Origin: a virus
IMG/VR virus record: IMGVR_UViG_3300023084_000004
Length of the DNA stretch: 64,000 nucleotides
Strand: one strand, 5' to 3'
Of this stretch, positions 1 through 9,941 are shown in pieces. The translations under genes and the position numbers were made by a program. Each line of letters opens with the position of its first letter. Position 1 is the stretch's first letter. The notes under the pieces are model-generated. The model saw only the letters and a list, made by a program, of their open reading frames with translations, ran no database searches and was not told the origin of the DNA.

Positions 1-2995
1 ACATATCAATGTCAATAGTAACTGGATTTGTTGTTGTATCGTATGCAGCATCATAAGGTGGAGAAATAACTCCATCACCTTGATATTTGTAGAAGTTACT
101 TACTGCATTACGGAAACCTGAAGCATAAGGTTGATTAATGATTTCAACATTTGCATTACGACCGAGTGTTCCAACTTTAGCATCTGATGTTGTTGGGAAG
201 ATCGAAGCTCCAGTACTTGTTTTATATTTAAGATCCATAGAATAAGTTTTAACTGCAGGTGTTAAAATCTTTTGATTAAATGGAACAGCTGCATTAAAAG
301 ATGGATCTTGAATATTTGCTAATGAGAGATCATTAAATGGATCAACTACAAAACCGTTTTTAAATCTGTTTAAACCATTTTCATCTAAAACATTTAGATT
401 TTGTGTTTCTGATTCTAATTGGTTTAATGAAATATAATAAGCCATGTTATCAATCTTCTTCTCTAAAGAATGAAGATCTTTCATGGTATAATTTTTAATT
501 CCTGTAGAACGTGCTTTAATCGCGTATTCTCTTTTCTTCGCAGTATTAGCAGCTGCAGAACTGAGTGCAGGGAAACCAGGAATATTAACTTCAGCAACAA
601 CAAGTTTATCTGTTTCTACTCTAGGAGGTGAAGGCTCTTTAGCTTCTTTACCTTTTATTAAACTTATTTCTCCATAAGAATCACATACGATTGCATCGAT
701 TCTTGACAAATAATATTCAATATCTGTTGTTGCACTTGCTGCTGAGGCAGGCACTAATGGAGAACCTAGATCTGAAAAACTAATTGGATATGCACCAACT
801 GCGGTTGTTACCGTACCAGCAGAAGCTGGAGTAGTATCGTTATAATCTACTACAGAATCTTTATTGATATATGCTCTAAAGTCAAAGCATTCTCTTAGAT
901 TAAATCTATTACCTACAGAAGAAGTATATACTGGAATATCATATTTGTCTAATGAGTTAGGATAACTGTTTATTGTAAAATAAAATTCTCCAGAAGATGT
1001 GCTTACTTGGAAAACTTTTAATTTAATAGTTAAAACTCCATTTGCAGGAAGTGGTCTTCCTTGGATATATTCCATATATGAAATATCATAGTAAGTATCT
1101 TTCTGATTATTTTTAAGTACAAAACTGTTTGTATAATCATCACCGCTTGCATCTTCTATACTTGTAATAGCAAATACATCAGGAAAACCTAAACTGTATT
1201 TAGTTGTCGAACTTGTAAAGTTAACTTTAACGTATGGTTCTGCAACTGTTTTATTATAGGGATCAACACCTGCAATCGAACCAATTAATCTTTTATTATA
1301 GAATAATGTAACGTTTGTTGCTGAACTTGCAGCAGGATCTAAATTAATTGTGAGTTGACTATTATTAAGTGCAAGTGAAGTACTTAAAACTGGAATTACT
1401 GTATTTGTATTATCAACAACAAGAATATCATTTTGGTGAACATCAAAATCTTCACCAGGATTTGCTGTAAGTGTTATAACATTACCTGTTTGTGTTGCCG
1501 CAATTTGATCTCTTACTGGAATCAATGTATCTGTTGTTCCAAATACACTTCTCATACCAGTATTAAAGAGTAAAGATTTTCTACCTGCTTCTCTTATTCT
1601 TGGATCAACTTCAATATAACCAGAGCCATCGCTGAGTCTTGCAATATTTGATATTGTATTTGATCCTGTTAAAGTAACTGCTGTTAAATAAACTCTTGTA
1701 GGTGTAACGTTAATTGCAATAGCGGTACCAATATTACTTCCACCACTATTTTGCACATTAACAGGTGTCCAATCAATATCTACTGTTCCATTAATAGAAA
1801 CAACTGAAAGATAATTTCCATAATCAAATGAAACTGATTGAGCATTTTGAGTTTCTGTTGAACTAATCTGATCAATTGTAAATGAACGTTCACCAGAATT
1901 TTCTACTCTATAACCTTTTACGTATGCTGTACCTGTTCCTAATAAAACATTTACATTACCATCTCTATCATCTGTAGATAATGGAAATTGTTTTAAAACG
2001 TAGTTACCTGATTCTTCGTAAGTGCGTCTAGCAAGTTCTTCACCTAATACATTATATTGAGAAACGTCTCTTAAAGTAATAGCGTTTCCGTTTTGGTAAC
2101 GAATAAGTGTAAAGAAATCAGCGTCAACATCGGCATCTGCTGTATCTAAAACAACAAGATTTGGAATTAGTTTTAATCTATCAGCACCAGGCGCATTTTC
2201 GTTACTTGAACCGTTTGCATTATCATATAAACTATTATCTTGTAACGCATTAGTAGTTGATTCTGTTACTGAATAACCTACAGATACTGCATCAGGCGTA
2301 TTATTATATTTGGATACAACTAATATTTGATCTTGAGCAAATAAGAAATGACCTTTTTGGAAAATAACACCAGGAGCGGATTGAATACCAAAAGATCTTC
2401 CTACATGATTTGCAAGAGATGTTACAGCTAAACCTGGAATGCTTTGTGTTTCTGAAGCAAATACGGTATTTGTAACACCAACTTTATATTTGTAAAGTGT
2501 GACGGTTAATGGCTCACCAGCTCTAAATTCTGTATCTGATGTAGCTGAATTAACAGGTGTTAAATAATTAATATAAAAAGTATTTAGATCTGGTGGTCTT
2601 GTTTCAAAACCTCTTGAAGCAGAAATAATTTGAGCTCTTAATCCAGAGTTTGCACCAGTAACTTCGTAAACATAATCAAGTTCTAATTCTTGACCGAGAA
2701 TAGTTTCTGTAACTCTTCTGCTAATATAAGACGTTGGATCGAACCCTGTAACGTCAATAAGTTTTACGAATCTAAGATCATCAAGATTTGTAAAAGAACA
2801 ACCTTTAACAATACTACCTTCTTTAAAGATATTATCGCCAAATTGCTCCACTTGATTTTGGAGCATTGATTGTAATTGTGTTAATTCCCTTGCCTGTACA
2901 GCAAACCCAGGTTTAAAGAGCACACGATAGTATTGATTCTCGAGATCAAAATCGTCGAAATATGGTGATTGGTTTAGGTTTGTGTTAATAGGCAT
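1..2995 (-). CDS. Large virion structural/baseplate-associated protein (DUF4815/VrlC-like), 3'-truncated by window edge
   Basis: Not in ORF track because it has no stop in the window. ATG at 2995 reads MPINTNLNQSPYFDDFDLENQYYRVLFKPGFAVQARELTQLQSMLQNQ, the typical N-terminus of this T4-like family; lies next to gp8. Confidence 0.85.
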   Translation of the reverse strand, partial: MPINTNLNQSPYFDDFDLENQYYRVLFKPGFAVQARELTQLQSMLQNQVEQFGDNIFKEGSIVKGCSFTNLDDLRFVKLIDVTGFDPTSYISRRVTETILGQELELDYVYEVTGANSGLRAQIISASRGFETRPPDLNTFYINYLTPVNSATSDTEFRAGEPLTVTLYKYKVGVTNTVFASETQSIPGLAVTSLANHVGRSFGIQSAPGVIFQKGHFLFAQDQILVVSKYNNTPDAVSVGYSVTESTTNALQDNSLYDNANGSSNENAPGADRLKLIPNLVVLDTADADVDADFFTLIRYQNGNAITLRDVSQYNVLGEELARRTYEESGNYVLKQFPLSTDDRDGNVNVLLGTGTAYVKGYRVENSGERSFTIDQISSTETQNAQSVSFDYGNYLSVVSINGTVDIDWTPVNVQNSGGSNIGTAIAINVTPTRVYLTAVTLTGSNTISNIARLSDGSGYIEVDPRIREAGRKSLLFNTGMRSVFGTTDTLIPVRDQIAATQTGNVITLTANPGEDFDVHQNDILVVDNTNTVIPVLSTSLALNNSQLTINLDPAASSATNVTLFYNKRLIGSIAGVDPYNKTVAEPYVKVNFTSSTTKYSLGFPDVFAITSIEDASGDDYTNSFVLKNNQKDTYYDISYMEYIQGRPLPANGVLTIKLKVFQVSTSSGEFYFTINSYPNSLDKYDIPVYTSSVGNRFNLRECFDFRAYINKDSVVDYNDTTPASAGTVTTAVGAYPISFSDLGSPLVPASAASATTDIEYYLSRIDAIVCDSYGEISLIKGKEAKEPSPPRVETDKLVVAEVNIPGFPALSSAAANTAKKREYAIKARSTGIKNYTMKDLHSLEKKIDNMAYYISLNQLESETQNLNVLDENGLNRFKNGFVVDPFNDLSLANIQDPSFNAAVPFNQKILTPAVKTYSMDLKYKTSTGASIFPTTSDAKVGTLGRNANVEIINQPYASGFRNAVSNFYKYQGDGVISPPYDAAYDTTTNPVTIDIDM

Positions 2996-3010
2996 ATCGT
3001 ATTACTTTCC

Positions 3011-4885
3011 TTAAAATTCCAATACAAACTTAAATTCTTCTCTTGATAGGTCTGTTCTTGCTAATGGGAAGAAATCTTCCATGAAATAAACCTCACCTGT
3101 TCTTTGAACATAGTTTGAAAATACAACATTAGATGCTACTGGACTATTTATAGTAATTGTTTGACCTGTATCGTTTCTAAGTTGTAATGTTAAATCTAAA
3201 GAGGTATCTCCATTTCCTGAGTCTGGATTACTTTCATAAGGACCCATATATTCTGCTAAATAAGCCGTATTCGCGCTTTCATCTACTTCATGAACTTTAG
3301 CAGAAAAAACTACTTCATTATCAGAATTTAATTGAGTTACTGTTGTATTTGCGGTTAATCTATCTATATCGTCTGTTGTGATGGCAATTCTATTATCAAA
3401 AATTGTTGGTGTTGATGTATGAAAACTTGGTGATCTTACAATTCCAACACCTGTATAAGTATTTGTATCTCCAATTCTAGTATTATCATCGGCAGAAATA
3501 TAAGCATAAAAACTAAAATGCTTACATCTAAATTCTTCTAATACGTTATATGTATGTCCACCATCTGGTGATAAACGAGGTCTTATGACTGCTCTTACGT
3601 CAGTAGTTGTTGTATCTTCAGGATCAAAATCATAAGCTGGATCAACAACTTCTGCTGTAATATTATCATAACCACTACCTTGATTTAATACAGTGATTGA
3701 AGTGATTTGTCCATTTTGAATTTGTGGAATACCAACTGCTCCTCTTCCATTTCCTTTAATATCTACTCTTGGGAAAATACTAAATGAAGCATTTCCAACA
3801 ACACCTGAAGCAACTGCATCTCTTTCTGTTATATATGTTCCACCACTAGAATATGCAGTAAATCCAGTACCGTCTACATTTGTACTTAATCCTCTATCTG
3901 CCTTTAAGGCAAATGTATCTGCAGATAAAACTTGTACGTAATAGTTATTTCCATTTAATTCTGTCATTCCTACGACATTACTAAATGTAATTGATTGGCC
4001 ATTTACAAACCCGTGTTCTACTGAAGTACATACAACTGGATTTGCTTGAGTTGCAAAAGTTATTGCACCTCGTGTTTTACCATAAATTTTTTCATTACCT
4101 ACTCGTATTTCAGCGTTACCAGTATTTTGATTATAAAAATAATATTGTATTTCAAATAAATTTGCAACGCCATTTGGATTTACTGTGTAAATATTTTGTC
4201 CAACGTAATAACCTGTAATAGGACTCCAAGTTGAAAAAGGATCTACTAACATAGTGCCATCATAAAATGGAGATGAAATTAATCCACCCGTTTCTTTAAC
4301 ATATCCAGAATTGTCTAATGGATTAGTAACAACAATATCAGATAATTTTGATCCTTGACCTAAAGTTGGATTAGTATTAAAAGTTCCAATAATTGGTACA
4401 TAACCTAAAGCATTATAAGCTTCGAATTGTAATTCACTAATAACATACATATATTTCCATACGTACCCATCAGCTGTTTCATAAACTTGGTTTGTAGTTG
4501 TTGGATTATAATTAGGAGGTGATGTTACTGTTGCGCCATTATTATTATTCAAACATTTATAAACGCGATAATCACCAGTTTCATTATCGTTAGGTCCAAC
4601 AACAGCATAGAATTTTTGATCTGTTAAATCTACTGTATCATCATATTCAACATACACTTGACCAACCTGCCAAGGATGATATCTAATCATAAAATGAATA
4701 TCATTGATTTCAACTTTTTTGCCAAACAAAGTTCTTTCTAAAAATTCATTTTTAGAAAATTTAGAATCTACTGGATCGAAAGAATCGATAGCGGAAACAA
4801 ACAAGAAATAATCATTGTTATTAATATCATCAATGAATAATCTTGTGATATCCGTTTTAAAATTGTTAGATAATACTTCTGGCAT
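3011..4885 (-). CDS. gp8: Baseplate wedge subunit gp8 with an inserted beta-rich domain
   Basis: PWQVGQVYVEYDD, YRVYKCLNNN, TADGYVWKYMY motifs; C-terminal EEFKFVLEF. Confidence 0.85.
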   Translation of the reverse strand: MPEVLSNNFKTDITRLFIDDINNNDYFLFVSAIDSFDPVDSKFSKNEFLERTLFGKKVEINDIHFMIRYHPWQVGQVYVEYDDTVDLTDQKFYAVVGPNDNETGDYRVYKCLNNNNGATVTSPPNYNPTTTNQVYETADGYVWKYMYVISELQFEAYNALGYVPIIGTFNTNPTLGQGSKLSDIVVTNPLDNSGYVKETGGLISSPFYDGTMLVDPFSTWSPITGYYVGQNIYTVNPNGVANLFEIQYYFYNQNTGNAEIRVGNEKIYGKTRGAITFATQANPVVCTSVEHGFVNGQSITFSNVVGMTELNGNNYYVQVLSADTFALKADRGLSTNVDGTGFTAYSSGGTYITERDAVASGVVGNASFSIFPRVDIKGNGRGAVGIPQIQNGQITSITVLNQGSGYDNITAEVVDPAYDFDPEDTTTTDVRAVIRPRLSPDGGHTYNVLEEFRCKHFSFYAYISADDNTRIGDTNTYTGVGIVRSPSFHTSTPTIFDNRIAITTDDIDRLTANTTVTQLNSDNEVVFSAKVHEVDESANTAYLAEYMGPYESNPDSGNGDTSLDLTLQLRNDTGQTITINSPVASNVVFSNYVQRTGEVYFMEDFFPLARTDLSREEFKFVLEF

Positions 4886-4937
4886 TTTATAAGCTCATTG
4901 AAAAAATTTGATTGTTAGTTTTATTTATCTTCATTCT

Positions 4938-7367
4938 CTAAGCTACTCTAATCTTCCGCCTAGGATATGTTTGTCCTGTTGCTGGTCTAGAAGTATAAGT
5001 TATACTTCTTGGTTGCTTTGTTTTTCCTGCTGTTCCCATTCTTATTGACCAAGGTAACCAAACTCTTGTGTTTGGAGTTGTGCCCATAATTCCACTGCCT
5101 GAATAATAATATTCAGTTTCACTTAATATAACAATATAATTAGCCATTGCAGCGTGGTTCGAACAAATATAATAATAGAGCCCTGCAGGTACAGTGTCGG
5201 TGGCCCAAATCATAAATCCTGATTGAGTTCCATTATTTGTTACACCAGTATTATAAGCATCAGCAGAACCTTGTACTACACTTCCTTTGTATTGTTTAAT
5301 ATACATAGGATGTCCTGTTGCATTAATACTAAAAGTGAGTGTATCACCTTTTCTTATAACTAATATTGGATCATTAGTACTACTAAATGTTTCTGCTCCA
5401 ACAGTTCCTGTAAAGGTATAAGCCGTAGTTCCGTTAGCTCCTACAGAAACTGCCCAGTTATCGTTATAACTGTTTCTATCTTGTACTCTTTCTGTTAACT
5501 GTGTGCGTTGAGTCATAGTTTGGTTTACAAGGTAGCTACCTTGTAATCTATGTCCCCACATTTCTGTGCCCGCTGCAGGAAAACTTGTTTTACTTACTGC
5601 ATTACCACTACGATCTTTTCCTAAATCTTCTACTAATGGAAGAGGGTGTTGAGAGAAAGTACTTCTTATCATGGTTCTTAATTCTGCGATACTTGGCCAA
5701 GATGCTCCGCCTTCTCCATGATAATAATGATCAAGCATTAATGCGACTGCACCAACCACATTTGGACATGCCGCTGAAGTTCCAGAAAATGTTCCCCACT
5801 CAAATCCATTTGAGTCAGTTTTAACATTATAAACAGATGTCGCACACCATGAACCTCTTCCTTGTCCTATTGCATCAATCGCTGGACCTCTTGCGGGATA
5901 ATGCTCCATTAATGGGTTTGTTGTACTAAACTGATATGATGAAACATAAAATGAATAGCGATTACCGAGATACTCACACCTATGAGTATATTCTGTACCA
6001 GTTACAGGAGCATAAGTGTTTTCAGTAGCAGTAACTTTATTACTGCCAGTGGATTCGTTTAAGTCATAGTAAAAATAATTTGAATCCATAAAGATTTGAT
6101 TATTATACTGAGGCTGGTCTGTTCTTGCAAAAACAACTGGAGAATTACCAGATGCGAAGAACATATAAATCCCGTTAACACCATTAAAGAAATTTAAAAC
6201 AGCATCCCAAACAGTATCCCTAGAAGAGTTTGAACGAAAAGTTGCGATTCCCCACTTATCAGTTCCATTAGCACCAGTCGTGTTAACAACATTGAATCCG
6301 TTGTCTATGAAATCTGAGTAATCACTTCCCCAACCACCACCTGGTCTAGTTACTGTTGTTTGATTTCCATCATCATCAAATGCGTTAAAAGAAGAAATTT
6401 CTTCGATAGGTATAATATTCTCAGCTCTTACATCATCAGCGTAACCCCAAGAATTGTTTACGATAGTAGCGTTTCGTTTACCTGTATCTGGGTTAACTGG
6501 TTTTGCTTGATGCCATGCAAGAATTGCTGCATAAATTGATAATTCATTATCATAAGTCGCATCAGCATAATAAAGGTTTGCGTTTTTTGCCCAACCACAA
6601 TAAGTACCTGCTGCAACTGATGCACATCCAAGTGCGTGTGTACCAAAGTCTGTCCAACCATTTGTGACTTGATTATTTCTTACGTTGGTTACTCCCGCAT
6701 CATAATCACCCCAATCAACAGCAACAAATCTAAAATTATTAGATGCGTCTTTGAAATCTGGATGTGCTTGAGCCCACGATGGCTGTTCAAGAGCACCACC
6801 ACTAGGGTCTACAATAACAATATCAACAGTGCTTCCATCAAAATTATGAGATATAGTCGTATTTGTTGATGCGTAAGTATCTTCTTGAGTTCCACCACCA
6901 AACTGAGCGTTATTAAAGAAACCTAAAGGCCTTCCATTTGGTGTTGGTGCTGTTGTATTTGTATCCCAGAAAAATTTAGCTGGAATAAAATCAGTTCCAT
7001 CAAAAGTACTTGAAGGATAAGAAGTGTCGAAGTATGTTTCAACAGTCGTTTTACCGTTACGATTTTGTGGGTTATAACTATAAAGTACTTTATCTTGTTC
7101 GACATTTACACTAACAACATCATCTCTTTCTGAAATAGTATTCGCTTCTTCTTCGGTAAATTTAAATACACATATTCTATGAAACATGCTAGGATTAGCA
7201 ATACATTCAAATCCTTGTGAATTTAAATCTTCACAAAAAGCGTCGCAGTCGGTTCCTTCGCTTAAACGGATTGAGTGATTTTTTCTACCATTAGAATCTG
7301 CTTCATGAGGAATAACTCTATAAAGTTCTTCTGGTGGTAAAAATTTTAATGACTCGTCGATTGCCAT
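4938..7367 (-). CDS. Subtilisin-like S8 serine protease with I9-like propeptide and C-terminal cupredoxin-like domain
   Basis: Triad motifs VDIVIVD, HALGCASVAAG, FSGTSAACPNV; oxyanion-hole ASGN; C-terminal GHP...YYYICSNHAAM. Confidence 0.85.
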   Translation of the reverse strand: MAIDESLKFLPPEELYRVIPHEADSNGRKNHSIRLSEGTDCDAFCEDLNSQGFECIANPSMFHRICVFKFTEEEANTISERDDVVSVNVEQDKVLYSYNPQNRNGKTTVETYFDTSYPSSTFDGTDFIPAKFFWDTNTTAPTPNGRPLGFFNNAQFGGGTQEDTYASTNTTISHNFDGSTVDIVIVDPSGGALEQPSWAQAHPDFKDASNNFRFVAVDWGDYDAGVTNVRNNQVTNGWTDFGTHALGCASVAAGTYCGWAKNANLYYADATYDNELSIYAAILAWHQAKPVNPDTGKRNATIVNNSWGYADDVRAENIIPIEEISSFNAFDDDGNQTTVTRPGGGWGSDYSDFIDNGFNVVNTTGANGTDKWGIATFRSNSSRDTVWDAVLNFFNGVNGIYMFFASGNSPVVFARTDQPQYNNQIFMDSNYFYYDLNESTGSNKVTATENTYAPVTGTEYTHRCEYLGNRYSFYVSSYQFSTTNPLMEHYPARGPAIDAIGQGRGSWCATSVYNVKTDSNGFEWGTFSGTSAACPNVVGAVALMLDHYYHGEGGASWPSIAELRTMIRSTFSQHPLPLVEDLGKDRSGNAVSKTSFPAAGTEMWGHRLQGSYLVNQTMTQRTQLTERVQDRNSYNDNWAVSVGANGTTAYTFTGTVGAETFSSTNDPILVIRKGDTLTFSINATGHPMYIKQYKGSVVQGSADAYNTGVTNNGTQSGFMIWATDTVPAGLYYYICSNHAAMANYIVILSETEYYYSGSGIMGTTPNTRVWLPWSIRMGTAGKTKQPRSITYTSRPATGQTYPRRKIRVA

Positions 7368-7370
7368 CTA

Positions 7371-9050
7371 TTAAGTCTCTAATGTTAATGCTGTTATATC
7401 TACTTGTACGGTTCCTGTCGAACCACTTAAATTTGTTACTGAAACTGGAACAGTTGATTCACTGTTTCCTACCCAGCCAAATACGCCTGGTGTAACTTTA
7501 ACAGTGGTTGCACCACCTGTAATAAATTCTGCGATTACACCAGATCCTTCAGCCGGATCTTGACCTTGTGTTCTACTTGCATCAGCTGTTCTTGATGCAA
7601 CTTCATCATAGATACGTACCCATGCTGCTTTATCAGTTGTAACTTCATATAAAACATATGATTTACCGATATCTGCAAAAGCAACATTACCTGCTGCACC
7701 GTCTGCAATTGAAGCCGTTGTTTCTGTTTCTGTATTACGTGTAGCAGAACTTCCGCCTCCGCCTCCACCACCTGCGGCAGCTTCAACAACGATTGTTCCT
7801 GTCATTCCCGAATGTGATGCACATTGATATTTGTAATTGCCAGAAATTGATGCTGGTATCTTCCAGAATAATGTTCCTGAATAAGTGCCTTGAGCATTAG
7901 CTTCTTCGTATATGTTACCTTCTTGTAAAGCAACTAATCCTGTATTATAATCTGCTCCACCGCTTGTTTGAATTTTAAGCGGGTGTGTACCACCTGAATC
8001 GAAAGACATATCAAATCCAACAGTTGTACCAGCTTTTACGTAAATAGTTGGATTGTCTGTTGTTCCATATTGGTCAAAACGATATGCGGATGTACCATTT
8101 GCTGATACTGTTAATACTGTTGCTGCATTACGGAAACTATTTTCAAATAACGCTTTATCAGCTGAATCTGCTGGTTGTTGGTCTATATCTGCGAAAGATG
8201 GAGTGAATGTTACGTTTCTCCATGTACTATCATTTGGGAAATAACTTAGAATATCTCCACTTTGTGGATTTGTAATTGTCGTATCAGTAATGTCAGTCAT
8301 AGCAACTGAGCCACCACTACCACCTGACTGTGCTACCCAAGCGTAATCTGAACCATTCCAAGAAAGTACATAGCCTGATGTTGGATTACTTTGATTTAGA
8401 TGCGCGTCAACGTCAGAATTAGAATACATTGTTGGTAATGTAGCAAATTCTAAAGCATTACCTGCTGAATTTACTCTTGCGTATTGAAGAGCTGAACCTA
8501 ATGTTCCTGGTGTATCACTTAAACCTACAAAACTTGAAGATCCACTACCACCACCGCCTGTTGCAGTAATAGTAATAGAATCATTAGTATCACTAGTTGT
8601 AATTTGAATTCCAGTACCCGCAATGAATGTTAGAGTATCATCAGCTGAATCTGCTTCAATATCATTTTGGCCAGAAACTGATATTGTTGTAAATGCTGAG
8701 GTTACCGAAATTCCACTAATGTCAGAATAATTCGCAAGTTGTTGCCATGCTCCGTTGTGAGCATAATAAAGTTTTCCAGTATCATGTGCGTGTCCTATTG
8801 CACCATGATATGTACTCGCATCAACAGCTTCAAGATCTGCTATTGTATCATAATAGAATGATATTTTATGAGAGGCTCCTGGAAAATCAAGTTCTCCTTG
8901 AGCATTAAACATTGAAGTAGCGTTAGTAGCGCTACCTAATGCGAAATATAATTCATTAAAGTTATCGTTTGTTTTATCGAATGCATTACGTATTGGATCT
9001 CCTGATCCATCGTTTGCTGATGCTCCGATATTAATTATTTGCTTGGCCAT
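7371..9050 (-). CDS. Tail fibre/baseplate protein with gp9/gp10-type N-terminus and cupredoxin-like domain
   Basis: N-terminus MAKQIINIGASANDGSGDPIRNAFDKTNDNFNELY; Gly/Ser linkers; THP...YKYQCASHSGMTGTIVV. Confidence 0.75.
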   Translation of the reverse strand: MAKQIINIGASANDGSGDPIRNAFDKTNDNFNELYFALGSATNATSMFNAQGELDFPGASHKISFYYDTIADLEAVDASTYHGAIGHAHDTGKLYYAHNGAWQQLANYSDISGISVTSAFTTISVSGQNDIEADSADDTLTFIAGTGIQITTSDTNDSITITATGGGGSGSSSFVGLSDTPGTLGSALQYARVNSAGNALEFATLPTMYSNSDVDAHLNQSNPTSGYVLSWNGSDYAWVAQSGGSGGSVAMTDITDTTITNPQSGDILSYFPNDSTWRNVTFTPSFADIDQQPADSADKALFENSFRNAATVLTVSANGTSAYRFDQYGTTDNPTIYVKAGTTVGFDMSFDSGGTHPLKIQTSGGADYNTGLVALQEGNIYEEANAQGTYSGTLFWKIPASISGNYKYQCASHSGMTGTIVVEAAAGGGGGGGSSATRNTETETTASIADGAAGNVAFADIGKSYVLYEVTTDKAAWVRIYDEVASRTADASRTQGQDPAEGSGVIAEFITGGATTVKVTPGVFGWVGNSESTVPVSVTNLSGSTGTVQVDITALTLET

Positions 9051-9088
9051 AGCATTTCCTCTAAAATTCTAAATTAATATTTATTTGA

Positions 9089-9940
9089 TTATGCACCGCG
9101 TTGTTCTCTTGTACTTAACCCAAAAATATATGGGAAAGCCGGTGTATTAAAATCACCATTTGCAAAAGTTAAAAAATACGCGTAAGTTCCAGTTGGATAA
9201 TCAGGAGTTGACGCAAGGTATCTTCCATTATATTCGTCAAGATCTCCTAATCCATCTACAAACTCATAATCGTTTATAAAACTTCCTGCCGGTTCTTGAG
9301 CATATGTAAATCCTCTACCCGTCGCTTCTGTTGCAAGAGTTCTCCAACTACTTAACATTTGTCTTACTAAACTTGTATTATCTGCAGGATCCGCATAACT
9401 GTATGGTCCATATAAAGGATAGCCATCAAAACACCAACCTAATATTTTACTGTGTCCGTCAGGATGTCTAAAATTATCTCCTGAATAATTGCTATCATTA
9501 TAATAAGAATTTGAACCATAAAATTTTGCGTTATTCCAACCGTTGATTAAAAATGAACCTGAGTGATAATGATACTCACCATTTTCCTCAGGATGTCCAC
9601 CACATGCATCTACACCATACGCAGATTCATTAAATACTGCATTATATGTAAAACCTTGAGGTGGTTGAATTTGTGATCCTGGTAAAGGTCCAGGTGCAGC
9701 ACTTGGATTAAATAATACAACACCATTATTAGCGATACCCATTGCTCCTAATGTTGTCAAATGAGGATTAGACGTATTTTGTCCACCTCTATATTCAAAC
9801 TGAAAATCGTGAGTTTGATCTGAAATAGTATTACCACCACCAAACCCACTGCGAGGAGTTGTACCATCATTAGTTAATACAGTAACTCCTGCTCTTGCTG
9901 GATAAGGATCTCCATCTGATTGTATTCTCATTACTGCCAT
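9089..9940 (-). CDS. YHYH-domain protein
   Basis: GIANNGVVLFNP, DACGGHP, GEYHYH, GWCFDGYPLYGP, DLDEYNGR motifs. Confidence 0.85.
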   Translation of the reverse strand: MAVMRIQSDGDPYPARAGVTVLTNDGTTPRSGFGGGNTISDQTHDFQFEYRGGQNTSNPHLTTLGAMGIANNGVVLFNPSAAPGPLPGSQIQPPQGFTYNAVFNESAYGVDACGGHPEENGEYHYHSGSFLINGWNNAKFYGSNSYYNDSNYSGDNFRHPDGHSKILGWCFDGYPLYGPYSYADPADNTSLVRQMLSSWRTLATEATGRGFTYAQEPAGSFINDYEFVDGLGDLDEYNGRYLASTPDYPTGTYAYFLTFANGDFNTPAFPYIFGLSTREQRGA

Positions 9941-9941
9941 A

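Noticed and set aside
7741-8560. GGC/GGT-rich runs in the fibre gene
   Set aside because: Ordinary Gly/Ser linkers between domains
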